Positions 1-15,761 of a stretch of 64,000 nucleotides of DNA are shown here, one piece after another. Within the stretch, counting starts at the first letter, position 1, and every line of letters begins with the position of its first letter. The notes below the pieces were generated by a model. The model worked only from the letters and a program-made list of their open reading frames with translations, made no database searches and had not been told where the DNA came from. A program made the position numbers and the translations under genes. The stretch is taken from the NCBI GenBank assembly GCA_964106645.2, contig OZ067042.1. The stretch is one strand, 5' to 3'. The DNA is from Podarcis pityusensis. Lineage: Eukaryota.

Positions 1-24
1 CTGTTGAGTAAGAAATTAATATTA

Positions 25-1498
<1,474 letters not shown>

Positions 1499-1499
1499 C

Positions 1500-2645
1500 G
1501 CCGCGCCTTTGAGGGAAACAAATGCACGGGCCGCTTCGACCGACAAGGAGCAACCGAGGAAGTGCCTGGGGGGCGGCGAGGGCGAACGCAGTTCACACCC
1601 AAAGGAGCTATTCCTGTCCTTTCTTTCCTATCTCTATGATCCTTCCCTAAACGTGACTACAGCTTCAAGGCGCGTGCGCAAAGCCCTATTGGCGCGCACG
1701 CTTCTAGGGCATCTGCCTCGTTCACATACAACCCCTATGTACTCTGGGAAACTGAGTTTTTTCTCTCTCTCGCAACGGTGAGCCAGTACTCAAGGTGGTT
1801 TTTTTATCTGTAAGCCGCCTTGAGTTCCAGTTACGGGAAAAGGCGGGGTACAAATAAATATATAACAACGACATCAATACAGCAGCACTTGGTCTTAAAA
1901 CTGAATTTTGATTCCTATTGTAATAAAATACATAAAATGGTTTTCTTAAACTTAACGCTGGCTACTGCTTAATAGCAGTTTTGATTAGACAATTGAAATG
2001 GGTGCATAGTGAAATCATTCTGATGCCGGTGTTGGTGAAAGGGTCACTATTTAGTGCTTGTACAAATCATTATTGTTACATATTTGACTTTTTGGTCACT
2101 CGCTACGAAAAATCTATGCAATTTACAGAAGGGGATTATATAATATCCCGAGGTTCAGCTAAATAAATTTTAAAATAGCCAACACGTTGTTTAGAATTGG
2201 CTTTTAAGTGTGTGAGGGTGCAGAAGACAGAAATACACCACCATTCGTGTGTCACAGAACTCTCTCAAAGACATCTCAGAATCCTGCTTACTGATGAGTT
2301 CACTGTCAACTTAAAATGTGGTATACGACACACTTTTCACCTGTTATATAGGATATATACAACTGGAGAATCGACCCCTCTGGGCAAGCCGCATCCATAA
2401 CCTCTCATTTCGCAAACTTGTAAACGGTCGCAGAATCATCGGGAGCATTTACTTGCGCTAGCTAGTTCTCCTTTTATTTTACAGTATTTTATTTGAAATC
2501 ATTTCCCTCCAGTGGAACAGGAAGTGCCGTAAAGCGCCGCCCTAATTGTCGCTAGCAGCCCTTGGCCTCACGGCTGGAGACCGTGCCCTCACTGTCGCAA
2601 AGCCGCGGGCTGCCTGAGTTGGAGGCGAGGCTGTCGGGTTCCATT
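1500..2645. promoter_or_regulatory. Divergent PCGF6/TAF5 promoter region (two CpG-rich ends around an AT-rich spacer)
   Basis: Start codons are 1.15 kb apart and head-to-head. Motif-like sites: ETS AGGAAGTG (about 1557, 2520), NRF1-like GCGCGTGCGCA (1670-1680), E2F-like TTGGCGCG (1689-1696), ZNF143/THAP11-like CTCTGGGAAACTGAGTTT (1742-1759). Confidence 0.7.
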
Positions 2646-5600
2646 ATGGCGGCTCTGCCGGAGGAGCCGGCCGAAGCAGTCACAGTGAAGCCGGACCCCG
2701 ACGCGGGAGCGCCGCCGGCGCCACCCCCTCCTCCTCCCGCTCTCCCTCAGTCGCCGGCAGCAGCAGCGGGAGCGACGGCGGCAGCGGGAGTCGCTGCCGC
2801 TCCCTCTGCCCCCTCGGCCGCCGCTCCTCTAGCGGAAGGGGGCGAGCCGTTGGCGGCAGGAGCCGACGCGAAGCCGCCGGTGGCGCCCAGCCCTGCGCCG
2901 CCAGCTTCGCAGCTGCCCACCGACCGGCAGACGCTGCTGGCTGTGCTGCAGTTCCTGAGGCGCAGCAACCTCCGCGAGTCCGAGGAGATCCTCCGCAGGG
3001 AGGCCCGGCTGCTCGCTGACGAGGTCGCGGCGGATCCCGGCTCCTCGGCGCCCGGAGTCCAGGCGTCCCATGGCGGGGAAGGGCAGGAGCCCGGCGGCGG
3101 CGCCCCCGGCTCTGGGGATGTGCTGCTCAGCTCGGTCACCTTTGGCCAGAGCGGGGCCACCATCTCTCCGGGCGCTGCCGCGGCGCCTCCCGCAGTGGCC
3201 TTGGGGCCACCTGGGAAAGGTGAGCGAGGGGGTCGCTCGCAGGAGGGACCTTTCATATTTGCACTGGCTGCTTTGTGACAGCTGAGGTCAAAATCCAGTT
3301 TTTAAATTCGCATGCTGTTCTATGTTGTGGTCACCTAGTGCTATTGCACAGGATTCGTTCTGCGAATGGTAATGACTTGACCAATTTATCTGTTTAGGGA
3401 AGCTTTTAATGTTTGACAGACTATTGTATTTTAATATTTTGTTGGAAGCCGTTCAGAGGGGCTGGGGAAACCCATCCAGATGGGCAGGGTATAAATAAAT
3501 TATTTATTATTTATTATTATTATTATTATATTGGAGTACATATTACTGTGCGGGAGGCAACGGAAGACAGGAGTGCCTGGCATTCTCTGGTCCATGGGGT
3601 CATGAAGAGTCGGACACGACTAAATGACTAAACAACAACGACATATTACTGCATACATAAACTTTTTTTTTGTTAATCGGCTTGCTCTTTTGGGGCACAC
3701 CTATAAAGCTGTTGTTTATATTTTTATTCTCCCAAGCAATCAAAGTTAAAGTCTACAATAAAACTAGATTTAAAACCACACATAATATGTACAAAGTGTA
3801 GGCTACAGCTTCGGTTTCAAAATAACTAGGTGAGAGACTTAGTTATCACCTTTTATAACTACATTTTGGGAAGTAGTATAATAGGAGGAATTGACGCCAC
3901 TAATAGAATATTCTGTAGAGCAGAACTCCCATCAGCCTTAACTAGCATGACCAATGGCATGGGATGATAGGAGTGGTAGGTAAGGGGCTATACTGACTGC
4001 ATAACCTGCTTATGAATGATATTTGATCCTGGATTGTAATAGTACAATTGAGCTTAGGGTATGATTGAATGATGTCAATTTTTCATGTAAACATTTAGTT
4101 GAAAAGAAATTTGTTGCAGCATGTTTCTTAGTCATTTTCTCCGTGTCATTACTTATTAAAAGTGATAAAAATAGCACTGTTGCTGTACATGAAAATTTAT
4201 GCAGCAGTATAAAGGGGAAAGAGGTTATTGTCTCAAGAAGCTTACACAGTTTAGAGCTGAAATAGTTACACAGAGTGCAAACATTGATTTACCCTTTATA
4301 TGTTAATGCCTTGCAGTTGGAGTCTTTGTGGAAGATCAGCCAGATGTAAGTGCAGTACTGTCTGCCTACAATCAGCAAGGAGACCCAGCGCTTTATGAAG
4401 AGTACTACAGTGGACTGAAACACTTCATTGAATGTGCTCTGGACTGTCATCGAGCTGAGTTATCGCAGCTTTTTTATCCTCTCTTTGTACATATGTACTT
4501 GGAGCTAGTCTACAATGGGCATGAAAATGAAGCAAAGTCCTTCTTTGAAAAGTAATACCATTTTGTTCATTTAGCCTCCATTTTCATGTCCTCACTATTA
4601 GCTAGATAAATCTATAAATTTGTTGGTTGCAGATGTTCACAGTTAAAGTGTGTGAACTGGAAGTAGAGTCTGTAACATTTACACTAAGGCAGGCATCCAG
4701 AGGAGGAACAAAATAATCCTGAGATGCTGAAAGATTTTTAAGCCCCTCTCCTGGCAGTTAGGTCTTTCCTGCAAGTGTGGGCTACTGGATGCCTGCAACC
4801 ACAAAATGTATGCAGTATTTTAGGAGGATATTTATAGATGCCATATAACACGACTTAAGACATTCCCAGTTATTACATAGATTATTGCATTCCAATGATT
4901 AATTATTATTCTTATGAGGCAGCTTTTGTTTATGTGTGTGCTAATTTGTTTAATTATGAGGTTAAATGCCAGTTCTAGTGATGTCTGTAAAGTTCTGAAA
5001 CTTCTAGGCCTGAACCATTTGATAACATTGCTCATTTCAATGACTTAAGGGAGTTGAACCAATGAAATATTCTGCATTGTCTCCTGTTATGGGCAGCAAG
5101 CGAATACATACATGGCCTCTTCAGAGGAAATTTACCTGTGCCCAAGGCTGGAAAATCCTAGGTATTTGGTACTTGAATTCCTAAACATTTATGTGGTTAC
5201 TTAGGAATCTGAAATGTTTTTTCCAGCCTTGTCCATTCTGGTTTTATGAGCTAATACAAAAGGTTGCTGCTTGTAAAAGCTAGCTATTTCTCACAGCACC
5301 TGTGCTTCTGTGCTTTAGAATTGTGGCTTTCTTCTGGTATAATGAACTATGTTGTAAGGGTTTACCTTGAAAGTCAAGTAGTTTATTAAATTACTGCTAT
5401 TTCAAGATGTTCTGCTAGACTGACTGCACCAGCAATTGATTGAGAAAGATCTGGGACATTAAGGGTGACGTAGAATGATGTCCGCTTGCTTGTGCAACAG
5501 GACTTAGTTTTTCTTCTCCTCAGCCTCCAGAGCAGATTTTGGAGGGGGGGGCGCGGAGAAGAGACAGGCAGATGTAGACGAGGAAGAAGCACCCACTTGC

Positions 5601-8600
5601 ACTATGTTGGATCTCACCCTTAGATAATCAAAGAAATTACAAGATAAAAGCAGTTATGGGAGTGAAAAATTCAATTGAAATGAATTTTTAACATAACTGA
5701 ACTATTGATAAAACATAATTTTTAGATACATTAAATATAAGATGGTGATAGTACATAGATGTCATGTGCAAATATAGAAAAATAAAAAATGTGTTCTGCT
5801 GAAGATCACAGAACTTAAGTTGTTTAGACAGTTGTCCCCCTATACATCTTTTGTATGATTCTAACCTTTTTCTAGGTTTCATGGAGATCAGGAGTGTTAT
5901 TATCAAGATGACTTGCGTGTACTATCAAGTTTAACCAAAAAAGAGCACATGAGAGGGAATGAGACAATGCTGGATTTTCGAACGAGCAAGTTTGTGCTGC
6001 GAATTTCCCGAGATTCTTATCAGCTATTGAAGAGACACCTTCAGGAAAAACAGAACAATCAGATCTGGAATATTGTTCAGGAACATCTTTACATTGATAT
6101 CTTTGATGGAATGCCTCGCAGTAAACAACAGATTGATGCTATGGTGGGAAGTTTGGCAGGAGAGGCAAAACGGGAGGCTAATAAAGCAAAGGTATGAGGT
6201 TAATAAATACGTAACATCATGAACATTTTGTCAGGGATGTATAGGTTGTCAGTTCTATGAGAGTTCTTGGCTTCTTTAGATCTGCAGTTGGTTAACAGTG
6301 TATGCTTCTGGATAAGGAAGAATTAGCTAAGCACTCTTATCATTACTCCTGACTGCAGCTCCTTGTGCTAAACTGGATGTTGTTCTGGATAGATCTCCAA
6401 TTTTCCAAAGCAGTTTAAATTTATGTGCCCCTTACTTGCCAAAATGGCAAGTATCTCTCTGACCATTGTCTTGGCATTAGAGATGACTTACATTGGATGT
6501 TTTCATATATTCTGCCATTGTTCAATATACGATACAGAAAGGCTAAGGAGTTACATTTGTCACTGACATCTGTGACAGATTAGTGTTCCAGTTTACATGT
6601 CATTTTAAAGCACAGTTAAAACTTAACTGTTGTTCCCACCCCCCAATTACTTGAAAATAGCTGAGAATTTTGGTGGACCACTCTTCATGGAGATGTATGT
6701 CTTAAATGAAAGCGGTTGTGGTCCACAGAGAAACATTCATATTTTTAAAAGTAATTACATTGATCTAATAAAATTTATTATTCTGCTCTACCAGTTCTTT
6801 GTTTCATTAAACTTTCCTTTTTTTAATTACATGACTCTTTTCTTCTTTTGGCTTGTAGGTCTTTTTTGGCTTATTAAAAGAACCAGAAATTGAGTTGCCT
6901 TTGGATGATGAAGATGAAGAGGGGGAAAATGAGGAGGGCAAGCCAAAGAAGAAGAAGCCAAAAAAAGACAGCATGGGATCAAAAAGTAAAAAGCAAGATC
7001 CAAATGCTCCTCCACAGACTAGGTAATGCTGAAAGTAGAAACGTCTCAATTCATTTTCCATCTTGCTTTTTTAGTCTGCACCAGTTCAGACTGAAGTGGG
7101 CAGCTGACATTGCTGAATAGAAAACTAGATATCACAGAAAAGGTTTCTACCCCAGTCTTTTACCTGACATCTAGCTTTGTTTGTGGAAGGTTGGCTTTTT
7201 TTCCTTCTGCATGGAGGAGCATTCAGTCATGTGAGCCCTCATGCACTCTGATGTGATACAGAGCAAAGGAAAGTTTACCATCTAGGAACTAGACTATAGT
7301 CAATATTTTGATACGCATTTTCTCAGTTAATTTGATTCTTAAAAAACGTTTTGGAGGTTCTCTTTCTATTAGGATAGGGGTCAGCAAACTTTTTCAGCAG
7401 GGGGCCAGTCCACTGTCCCTCATACCTTGTGGGGGGCTGGACTATATTTTTTGTAGGGGTGGGATGAATGAATTCCTATGCCCCACAAATAACCCAGAGA
7501 TGCATTTTAAATAAAAGCACACATTCTACTCATGTAAAAACATGCTGATTCCCAGACTGTCCGTGGGCCAGATTTAGAAGGTGATTGGGCTGGATCCGGC
7601 CCCTGGGCCTTAGTTTGCCTACCCATGTATTAGGAGATGCATTGCACTGATGTAAAAAGCTTGTATCATTTGAAGGAAAACCTTCCTCTATGAATATGGA
7701 GGTGTACGTAAAAGTAACTTCCCTTATATTGTAAAAGAATTGGTAGAGTTAGGATTTTCCTAATTTTGTCATCTTTTAGTTATTACTACTCAAGGAGCTT
7801 GTTCTCTGGGTTCTTTCCTCCCCAGACATTCAAAAGTTGAGTTCTTTTTCGGCCTCTGTTCAGTCAGTGTGCAGGTGTGATTTCCTGACATCAATGAATC
7901 TTTTGTTTAGTTTTTGGTTTTAAGTATGTTCTTCTGTATACAGAATCCCGCTTCCTGAGCTAAAGGATTCGGATAAGTTGGACAAAATAATGAATATGAA
8001 AGAAGCCACTAAACGTGTACGTCTTGGTCCAGACTGCCTGCCTTCCATTTGTTTCTACACATTCCTTAATGCATACCAGGTCAGTTGTGGGATTGGTAGT
8101 GATACCAAAGTATGACATTAGGCGGAGGGCAACTGGAGGTGGCTTTGCCAAAATGGCCTCAACCAAACGGGGGAGGCCTGGTGAGCTTAATTCTCCACTC
8201 CTTGTCTATAGCAGTGGCTCCCCAGTTTCAGACCATTCTCTCCCTGCCCTACCTGCAGATGTTGAGGGTTAAACTTGGCATGCAAAATATATTCTGTATA
8301 ATCCAGCCCTTCCCAGATACCTGTTCTATCAAATCTTGGCAAAGTTTAAAAAATGGATTGTGCCCTGACTTTGAATGAGTGGGACGTTGCTTGCACGGTG
8401 CAGTTTTTCATCCTCTTTCCTCTGGCCCTCAGGACAGCTGTGGAACTAAGTGTTGTGGGCTGAAATGGGAGATGGAAGCATAAGAAATTGGACAGAGACA
8501 ACTTGCCTAATGCAGAGCCGGAAGGCCACTCGTTGTAGTCAGGATACAACACATAATTAATACCAAAAATGTGGAAGTGCCTTGTGCAGGCTGCTTAAAT

Positions 8601-11600
8601 AATAGGGGGCTGCAAATCTTTTACTTTTAATGATGGCTTGTGGTTGCCCCACATGAAGCAAGATTCCTTCCCTTCTCTGCTTTTCACTTATTGAACAAAA
8701 CATGGGCAGGAAGGCTTTGTCTTACTTCAGGTTGGGAGGCAGAGATGGACAGCAAGGGAGTCTCACTATTTCGAGTGTCTCCAAATCCTGGTGTAAAGTG
8801 GAAAATTAACCTCTTCCCCTTCTTTCAAGTCCTCTGCATTTGCCAGAGGACTCAGGGGGGTTGGGTAAATGGTGACTACAAAAAATCAGTGCCAGCCAAA
8901 AGGTGGATCCTTTCTTTAAAAACAAAAAACTTCTGCCCCGGGTTAAGCAACATTTGCTTTGCATTTTTTTTTTTAATGGCTATACAGTATAGTTAATTTT
9001 GTAATATGGTAATTCTCACCTCTGTGTTCAAAACTAATGGTAGATGGCCAATTCTCGGGGAACAACACTGTGTGGTGATTACATTCTCAGCCCATATATA
9101 AAACTTCTTCAATGGTGATTTTTGCATGAACAGGGCCTTACAGCAGTGGACATTACAGATGACTCTAGCATGATCGTTGGAGGCTTTGCTGACTCCACTG
9201 TCAGAGTGTGGTCTGTGACACCCAAAAAGCTACGCAGTGTGAAATCAGCAGCAGGTAATCAGAATGAACTCTCGTCCTAATTTACACACTAACTGTTCAG
9301 ATAGAGGATCGCATGGAGGAAGGTTGCTCAGTTTAAATCCTTCCTTTGGAATAGCAATCCTGAGCTAATGAAATGAAATTTAATGCATCACAGCTTTAGC
9401 ATTCATATGTATTTAACTGCTGACAATAGAACCTACCCAAATTAAGACAAATTGTTTTTGCATATAACTACTGACATCAGGGGAAAAACTATACATAAGG
9501 ATCAATGCTCTATTTAGGGAAGATGTTGTGATACTTTGGAAATGAGACAATGTTTATTTTGTGTTATTGTACTTCCTTATTGTAGAGTACTGTGTTTTTG
9601 CCAAGGAAGATATGCTAATGCAGAGATTTTAAAAATCAAGTGGTTCCAGGAATGGAGCAGAAAATACAATTGAAAGTGTTCAGGCCTGTCAGCCTAGCAA
9701 AATGGTTGCCAGTGGTACTCTGGTATAAGCATCACAGATTTCAGATTTCAGTGAAGGCCTTTCCCAACCAGATGCCCATCAGTTATTTGGGACTGTACCT
9801 TGCTTCAGGCATAGCCAGCACATCTCTGTTGGCTGGAGCTGATGGATGTTATAGACAAACACATTTTGAGGGCATCTTGATCTGTATCATTGAAATTGAC
9901 AGAAAATCATGACTTAGGCCATGGTGGTATTCTGATACAATCAAAAAGGCATTTGCACTTTGGCAAGCACTACTAGCGATCTACATGAAGATAAACTTTA
10001 GGGTTTTTTCTTTTCAGATCTCAGTCTCATAGATAAAGAATCAGATGATGTTTTAGAAAGGATCATGGATGAGAGAACAGCAAGTGAGTTGAAGATTTTA
10101 TATGGTCACAGTGGACCTGTCTATGGTACCAGCTTCAGTCCTGATAGGTAAAACAATAGTTATTTGTGGGGGGATCTCTTAATACAGTATTCTTTAAGCA
10201 GAGTATCCACACTTACAAAAAGTATTTTTCTGGAGACTTTTGTACAATTTGAGTGTACCACCTCAGGATAGATGAATGAGACCTGATCCCATGGACTATG
10301 TAATTTATGTTGAGCATCAGAAGGAACCTCATGAGCTAGAAGCCTCAAACTGCTACAGGCGGTGGCCATTTTAGGCATGTCCAGTTAACATGTGATTGCC
10401 GACATATGAGTCCTTTTGGACCTGGGAGAGAACGGAACGAGAGGTGTGGCATGCTTATGTACACTCAACCAAAGCATGCAGAGGCCAGGAACAGAACCCC
10501 CACACGAAATGTTCCGTCTGTACTAGCATATTTTTAATCTGAAGGTCCCATCCTTCAGCTGAGCTATGTACAATATCAAAAAGCTTAGAATTGAAACAGT
10601 ACTGCACAATTGTTGTTTACAAAAGTGCAGTGGGTTAAGCCAATGTCCACTTAATATCTATGAATCTCAAACCCACCTCTAGCTATAGTCTCTGAAATGT
10701 TTTTGTGTTTTGGACAATGAAATATATACCTGTCAAAATAATGGTTTTATTTCTTCAAAGCATGATCAAGCTTTCTTAGATGCAGGAGGCTTTTCGCATA
10801 TTTTAAACTAGTAAATTATATATGGGGCAATAGATCTTCACATGCACATGAATAGATGAGTGTTCCATATTTCATATTATATCACTGTTTAAAAAATATT
10901 GTATGGAAAACATGAATATGAAATAACTTCTAAGAAACAAGGGGGATAACATTCTGAGGAGCATGTTTTAAAGTGGGCAGCATCCCATGTTGCTTGAGTG
11001 GACTTGAGCTCATGTAATTGGGCTTCAGCTACCTTACCCTTCCCTCCAAAACCCCTCCATCATCTCTGGACAATCCTGTAATTCTCCAGAGCAGTTTGAG
11101 GGTGTGTGGAGGGTGGGGGCTACAGGCAATGTTGGATACAACCTAGTAGTTTATAATTTTGAGGTTATATTGTTAAATTTTAATTCTTAAAAACAAATCA
11201 GGTGTCAGCCAAGCATCAAACAGTAACCAATCAGTGTGATGGCTAAGAGGATGTAAACATAAGAAATCCTTAGTTCCTGTGTCATCTCAGCTGTGATCTT
11301 ATTCTTTTAGCTTCTTAAATGCAAAATGGGGATAATACTCTCCTGAAGTGTATTAAAAGCTTTGATGTCTTGAAATGTGTTATTGAGAGGTTTAAGATTG
11401 AGTATAGCTTAAAAAATACCTTTTCTGATTTATTTTTTCTGTCAGGAACTACTTGCTATCATCTTCAGAGGATGGCACTATCAGACTGTGGAGCCTCTTA
11501 ACCTTTTCTTGTCTAGTCGGATACAAAGGACACAACTACCCTATATGGGATACACAGTTCTCTCCCTATGGATATTACTTTATATCTGGAGGTCATGACA

Positions 11601-14600
11601 GAGTGGCTCGGTAAGAGTCAGCATGAGTTTCCCATCTCAATGTAAATCTGCAGTTCTGTCTTGTCAGTTGGTGACATCTCCTTGTTGCTGTCTGCTATAT
11701 TTTAGGGCAAGGGTAGGGAACCTCTAACCCAAAGGCCAATCTTGGCCTGCAAGGTCCTTTCCCCCGAACAACACCCACTTGTATCTCAACCGATATCAGT
11801 GGGTGATGTCAGCTGATGAAGGGGGGGCAGGGTTCAATCCTGCAAGGATCTGTTTTGCCACCGTGTTCCCTGTGGGGAACATGCTGGTGAAGCAGACTCC
11901 TTCAGCCAGTAGGACTGAACTCTTTGCTTATCAGCTGGTGAATGGAGAGTTCAGTCCTTATAGTTGTTGCTTTGCCAGTGTGTTCCCAGCAGAATGGCAC
12001 TGGTGAAGGAGACCCCTCCCCCTGCCTCAGATTAACTTTGATAGGTGAACCCACCTATCAGTCACCTGACATTAGATGATTGATGCCAAAGTTAACTTAT
12101 TTTGTATATGGTATACGACCCTTCTCTTGCCAACCTAGCAGTTCGGAAGCACATCAAAGTGCAAGTAGATAAATAGGTACTACTCCGGTGGGAAGGTAAA
12201 CGGTGTTTCCGTGCACTGCTCTGATTTGCCAGAAGCGGCTTAGTCATGCTTGCCACATGACCCAGAAGCTGTACGCCGGCTCCCTTGGCCAATAAAGCAA
12301 GATGAGCGCCGCAACCCCAGAGTTGGTCACGACTGGACCTAACGGTCAGGGGTCCCTTTACCTTTGCCTATACAACCCTTATATAAGACAACCCCTACTT
12401 TTTAAAACCCAAAATTAAGACATCAGGTTTTGGGGAGGACAACATGCAAAAACACACACCCCATTGCATGTCTGGCCTGCTGTGCCAAAAAGGTACCTCA
12501 TCCCTGTTCTAGGATATATCCTATAAGACATTTGACTAAAAATAGTACTAATTGCCATTTAGGGTTTTTTATACTAGAGGGAGAATTAAATTTGCCCCCC
12601 CACCCCCTATCTCTCTTGACTCTTCAGCTTAGTTTGGAGGCACTTGTGAAGCACACATTCCCTTGCCGTCAGGACATCAGCAGTCTTGTTATGTATTTCT
12701 TGTTTCACATTTTTGAAATGTTCTTTGTACTGGTTTAAGCTTGTGGGCTACGGATCACTACCAGCCTTTGCGGATCTTTGCTGGCCATCTTGCTGATGTC
12801 ACATCGACGCGTTTTCACCCAAACTCCAACTACGTTGCTACAGGCTCAGCAGATAGGACTGTGCGGCTGTGGGATGTCCTGAATGGGAATTGTGTCAGAA
12901 TTTTCACAGGACATAAGGTAAATTAATCTGAGATTAACACTGAAATACATTAGTTGCACAAAAATGGTAACAGGAGATGGCTGAAACCTTTGCACACAGT
13001 ACTAGAAATTAGTTAAAAACTGACCTGTTGTTCAAAGTTTCCTTTTGAATAGATACTGTTTCTCCATAGGACCACAACCTATCTTTTAACTTCCCACTGG
13101 GAAGTAAGAGGTCACCTCAGAAGAGGTGGTGCAGAGTGCTCTGAAATGACATTATTTATTTGAAGGGTGCTTGCTAAGTAAAACAAGGCATACTGTTGAC
13201 GGTTTTGTTTTTGGATTTTATATATAGGATTTTCTGTAGCTTTGAATTGTTATCATTTCTAGTGTAATTTACCTTGAGGCTTCTTGTAGAAGGTGATGCA
13301 TAAGTGTTGTTGTTAATAGGCTTATTTTTGTTCCAGGGACCAGTTCATTCATTGGCATTTTCTCCTAACGGAAGATTCTTGGCAACTGGGGCAACAGATG
13401 GAAGAGTGCTTTTGTGGGATATTGGGCATGGTTTGATGGTTGGAGAATTAAAAGGACACACAGACACAGTCTACACACTCAGATTCAGTAGAGATGGAGA
13501 GATCTTAGCATCAGGTATTGAAGTCAATTTTGCTCTGTTTAGTGGAACAATACTATCATCTGGAATCATAGACTTGTCTCTATTTTGACATCTCAGTCTT
13601 CCATTTAGTGAGCAATTGTTAAAGCATATTCATTTAATACTTTAATTTGCTAGCATTGTCTGTTAACTTGAAAAACTGAACCTAAAGGACAAGATGGTGC
13701 CACACCCAACTTTCCATGTATAGAAGCAGACATGACTTGCAAATGGTGAGGGGAGGTATCGTGTACTGCACCTGTGGGAAGCCAGATAGCTTGGGGGCTG
13801 CAGGAGAGGCCGCATGGCGCACAGCTTTGTCCATAAACACGCTGCTTCTACACTGCATCCCCCAGCATCCACCACCTGAGGCTAATAGGCCAGGCCCAAA
13901 CTTCATTTTATGCAATTATATACCTTTTGAAGCAAAGGTACTATTTATGTATTTACCAAAGTGGGCATGCTAAATTCGAGCAGGCTTTGCAGAATACCTT
14001 AAATATTTTCCCCCTCAGAATTTGGCTTTTTTTTTTTAACCTATTATGAACAAGGTGTGGGTCTTTTTGAAAAAGTAAATGGGTTTAGAAGTTTTGCCTT
14101 CCTGCTTATTCATGCTCCCCCACTGTAATTTTATTAGCATCAGCCCCCAATCTATCCAGTGAAGGGATTTCATACTACAGAATACAAATATAACTTAATT
14201 ATAATTCCATTTATTTTTTACTATTACGAGGGTTTCAGCTTGTATCTTTTAAACTATAAATTGTGAGAGTGGGACCTGCATTTTCTGTCCTGTTACCAGA
14301 ATTTTAGAAACATTGGGTCATATTCTACATAGTCCATGCATGAGTGAAATGGGTTCCGACTCATGCATTGGGACTTCCTCTCCTCCCTGCAAGCAGGTTG
14401 AAGGATCTTTAAAAAGGCTTTATCTTTGAAAGGCTATTAACTACTACAGAGTACTTAGCAGTGAATATAAGAAGTGATTAGTAGTTTTGTAGATCCTCAG
14501 CTTGACGAATGGGTTGTGGTGTAATAGCAGAAGTTTTTTCTTTATATTCAGAATTAAATGTTATGTCCTGTTAAATTAGAAGAGTTGTTTTCATTTTTCC

Positions 14601-14821
14601 TAGGTTCCATGGATAACACGGTAAAGCTATGGGATGCAGTGAAAGCCTTTGAGGACTTAGAAACAGATGATTTTACCACAGCCACTGGACATATAAACCT
14701 GCCTGAAAGCTCTCAAGACTTGCTGTTGGGTACATACATGTCCAAATCGACCCCTGTCACACATCTTCATTTTACTCGCAGAAATTTGCTTCTTGCCGCT
14801 GGAGCATACAGTCCTCAGTGA
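2646..14821 (+). CDS. TAF5: TFIID subunit 5 (LisH/NTD2 plus WD40 repeats), 11 exons, 804 aa
   Basis: Exons 2646-3219, 4317-4551, 5876-6191, 6859-7022, 7944-8079, 9134-9254, 10018-10147, 11446-11610, 12740-12917, 13337-13514, 14604-14821. All introns GT-AG, phases consistent, total 2415 nt. Motifs: DRQTLLAVLQFLRRSNLRE, YPLFVHMYLELV, WD40 repeats (GHLADV...LWD), C-terminal LLLAAGAYSPQ. Confidence 0.97.
3438..3530 (+). mobile_element. L2/CR1-group LINE 3' tail with (TTA)n microsatellite
   Basis: GGAAGCCG...GGGCAGGGTATAAATAAAT followed by (TTA)n; a reverse copy of the same tail lies at about 40620-40745. Confidence 0.6.
3548..3639 (+). mobile_element. Bov-B/RTE LINE 3' end fragment
   Basis: GCCTGGCATTCTCTGGTCCATGGGGTCATGAAGAGTCGGACACGACTAAATGACTAAACAACAAC is the typical Bov-B 3' terminus with a (CAA)n tail. 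Confidence 0.75.
7375..7627. mobile_element. hAT-type MITE
   Basis: Perfect 8-bp TSD TATTAGGA (7367-7374, 7628-7635); imperfect TIRs TAGGGGTCAGCAAACT / AGTTTGCCTACCCATG. Confidence 0.8.
12124..12368 (+). mobile_element. Sauria SINE, 5'-truncated
   Basis: GCCAACCTAGCAGTTCG...GTAGATAAATAGGTAC...GGGGTCCCTTTACCTTT tail; TSD TATAC(G/A)ACCCTT at 12112-12123 and 12369-12380. Confidence 0.8.
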
Positions 14822-15755
14822 ACTACCAAACTACAAGACTTGATTGTACAAGTCTCATGTATATCTTAGAATAACTTGAATTAATGAAGACCACAATGTA
14901 CATATTATACAAATGAACTGAACTTGTCTGCCAGAACAAATGGTGCAAACTGATGATGATTCAAGCCACACCTTCAGAAACTGCTATTTTAAACCCCACC
15001 CCAACCCCAGTGTTAGTGCTGAGACATTGACATCATAAAAATAGGGGAAGAAACATATAATGTGGTATGGCTTTTTAAAAGAAGTAAACAGTATGTGGGA
15101 ATACCTTGCTTAACCTTGTCCACAAAATGACAACAGGCACTACAAAACTGTAGTGCCAGTTGCATAAAGCAAAGTTGTTTGAACAACAATTTAAAAGCAC
15201 TTAGTTTGGCATTAACACAGGTTTAATAAGTACCCAAAATTTTCTTTCGGAATAGGTTTGTTCATATAAGTTCTTCAAGAGTGGAATTTGTCTCTATGGA
15301 GCTGTTACTTCTTTATAAAACTGTGAAGAGGCCTAAGTAGTTATCTGACTTATGTGAGTAACCTAGTTTCTTCAAAGCTGAAAAGCACAAATTGAACAAG
15401 ATTGAACAGTTCTAAAACTTCAATTACCAGTAAGCGGCATTTTAGGAAACGCAAACAATACTTGAAACCTTTAAAACTGAATTTTTGCGTTCCTAACTAT
15501 TTTGGATACAAAAAGTAGACCAACCTCCCACCACAAGAATCTTGATTCACCCCCCCCCCTTAAGTATTTGCCAGGGGGAGAAATACTTTTTGAGCCCTTT
15601 CTATAATGACAAAGCATAAGTGTCATTTATGCTTTCTGTGAAAAATTGTGCCACAGCTATACACAATTTGTTGAAAACTAGTATGGATCCATTAGTTTAA
15701 AAACATACTGCCATGGTTTTGCATTATGTACAGTTTTATACTTTTGATATTTTAT

Positions 15756-15761
15756 AATAAA
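15756..15761 (+). terminator. Likely TAF5 polyadenylation signal
   Basis: AATAAA about 0.94 kb after the stop, with upstream TGTA and downstream T/GT-rich sequence. Confidence 0.6.

Noticed and set aside
2747-3256. 169-aa minus-strand ORF
   Set aside because: Antisense shadow of GC-rich TAF5 exon 1.
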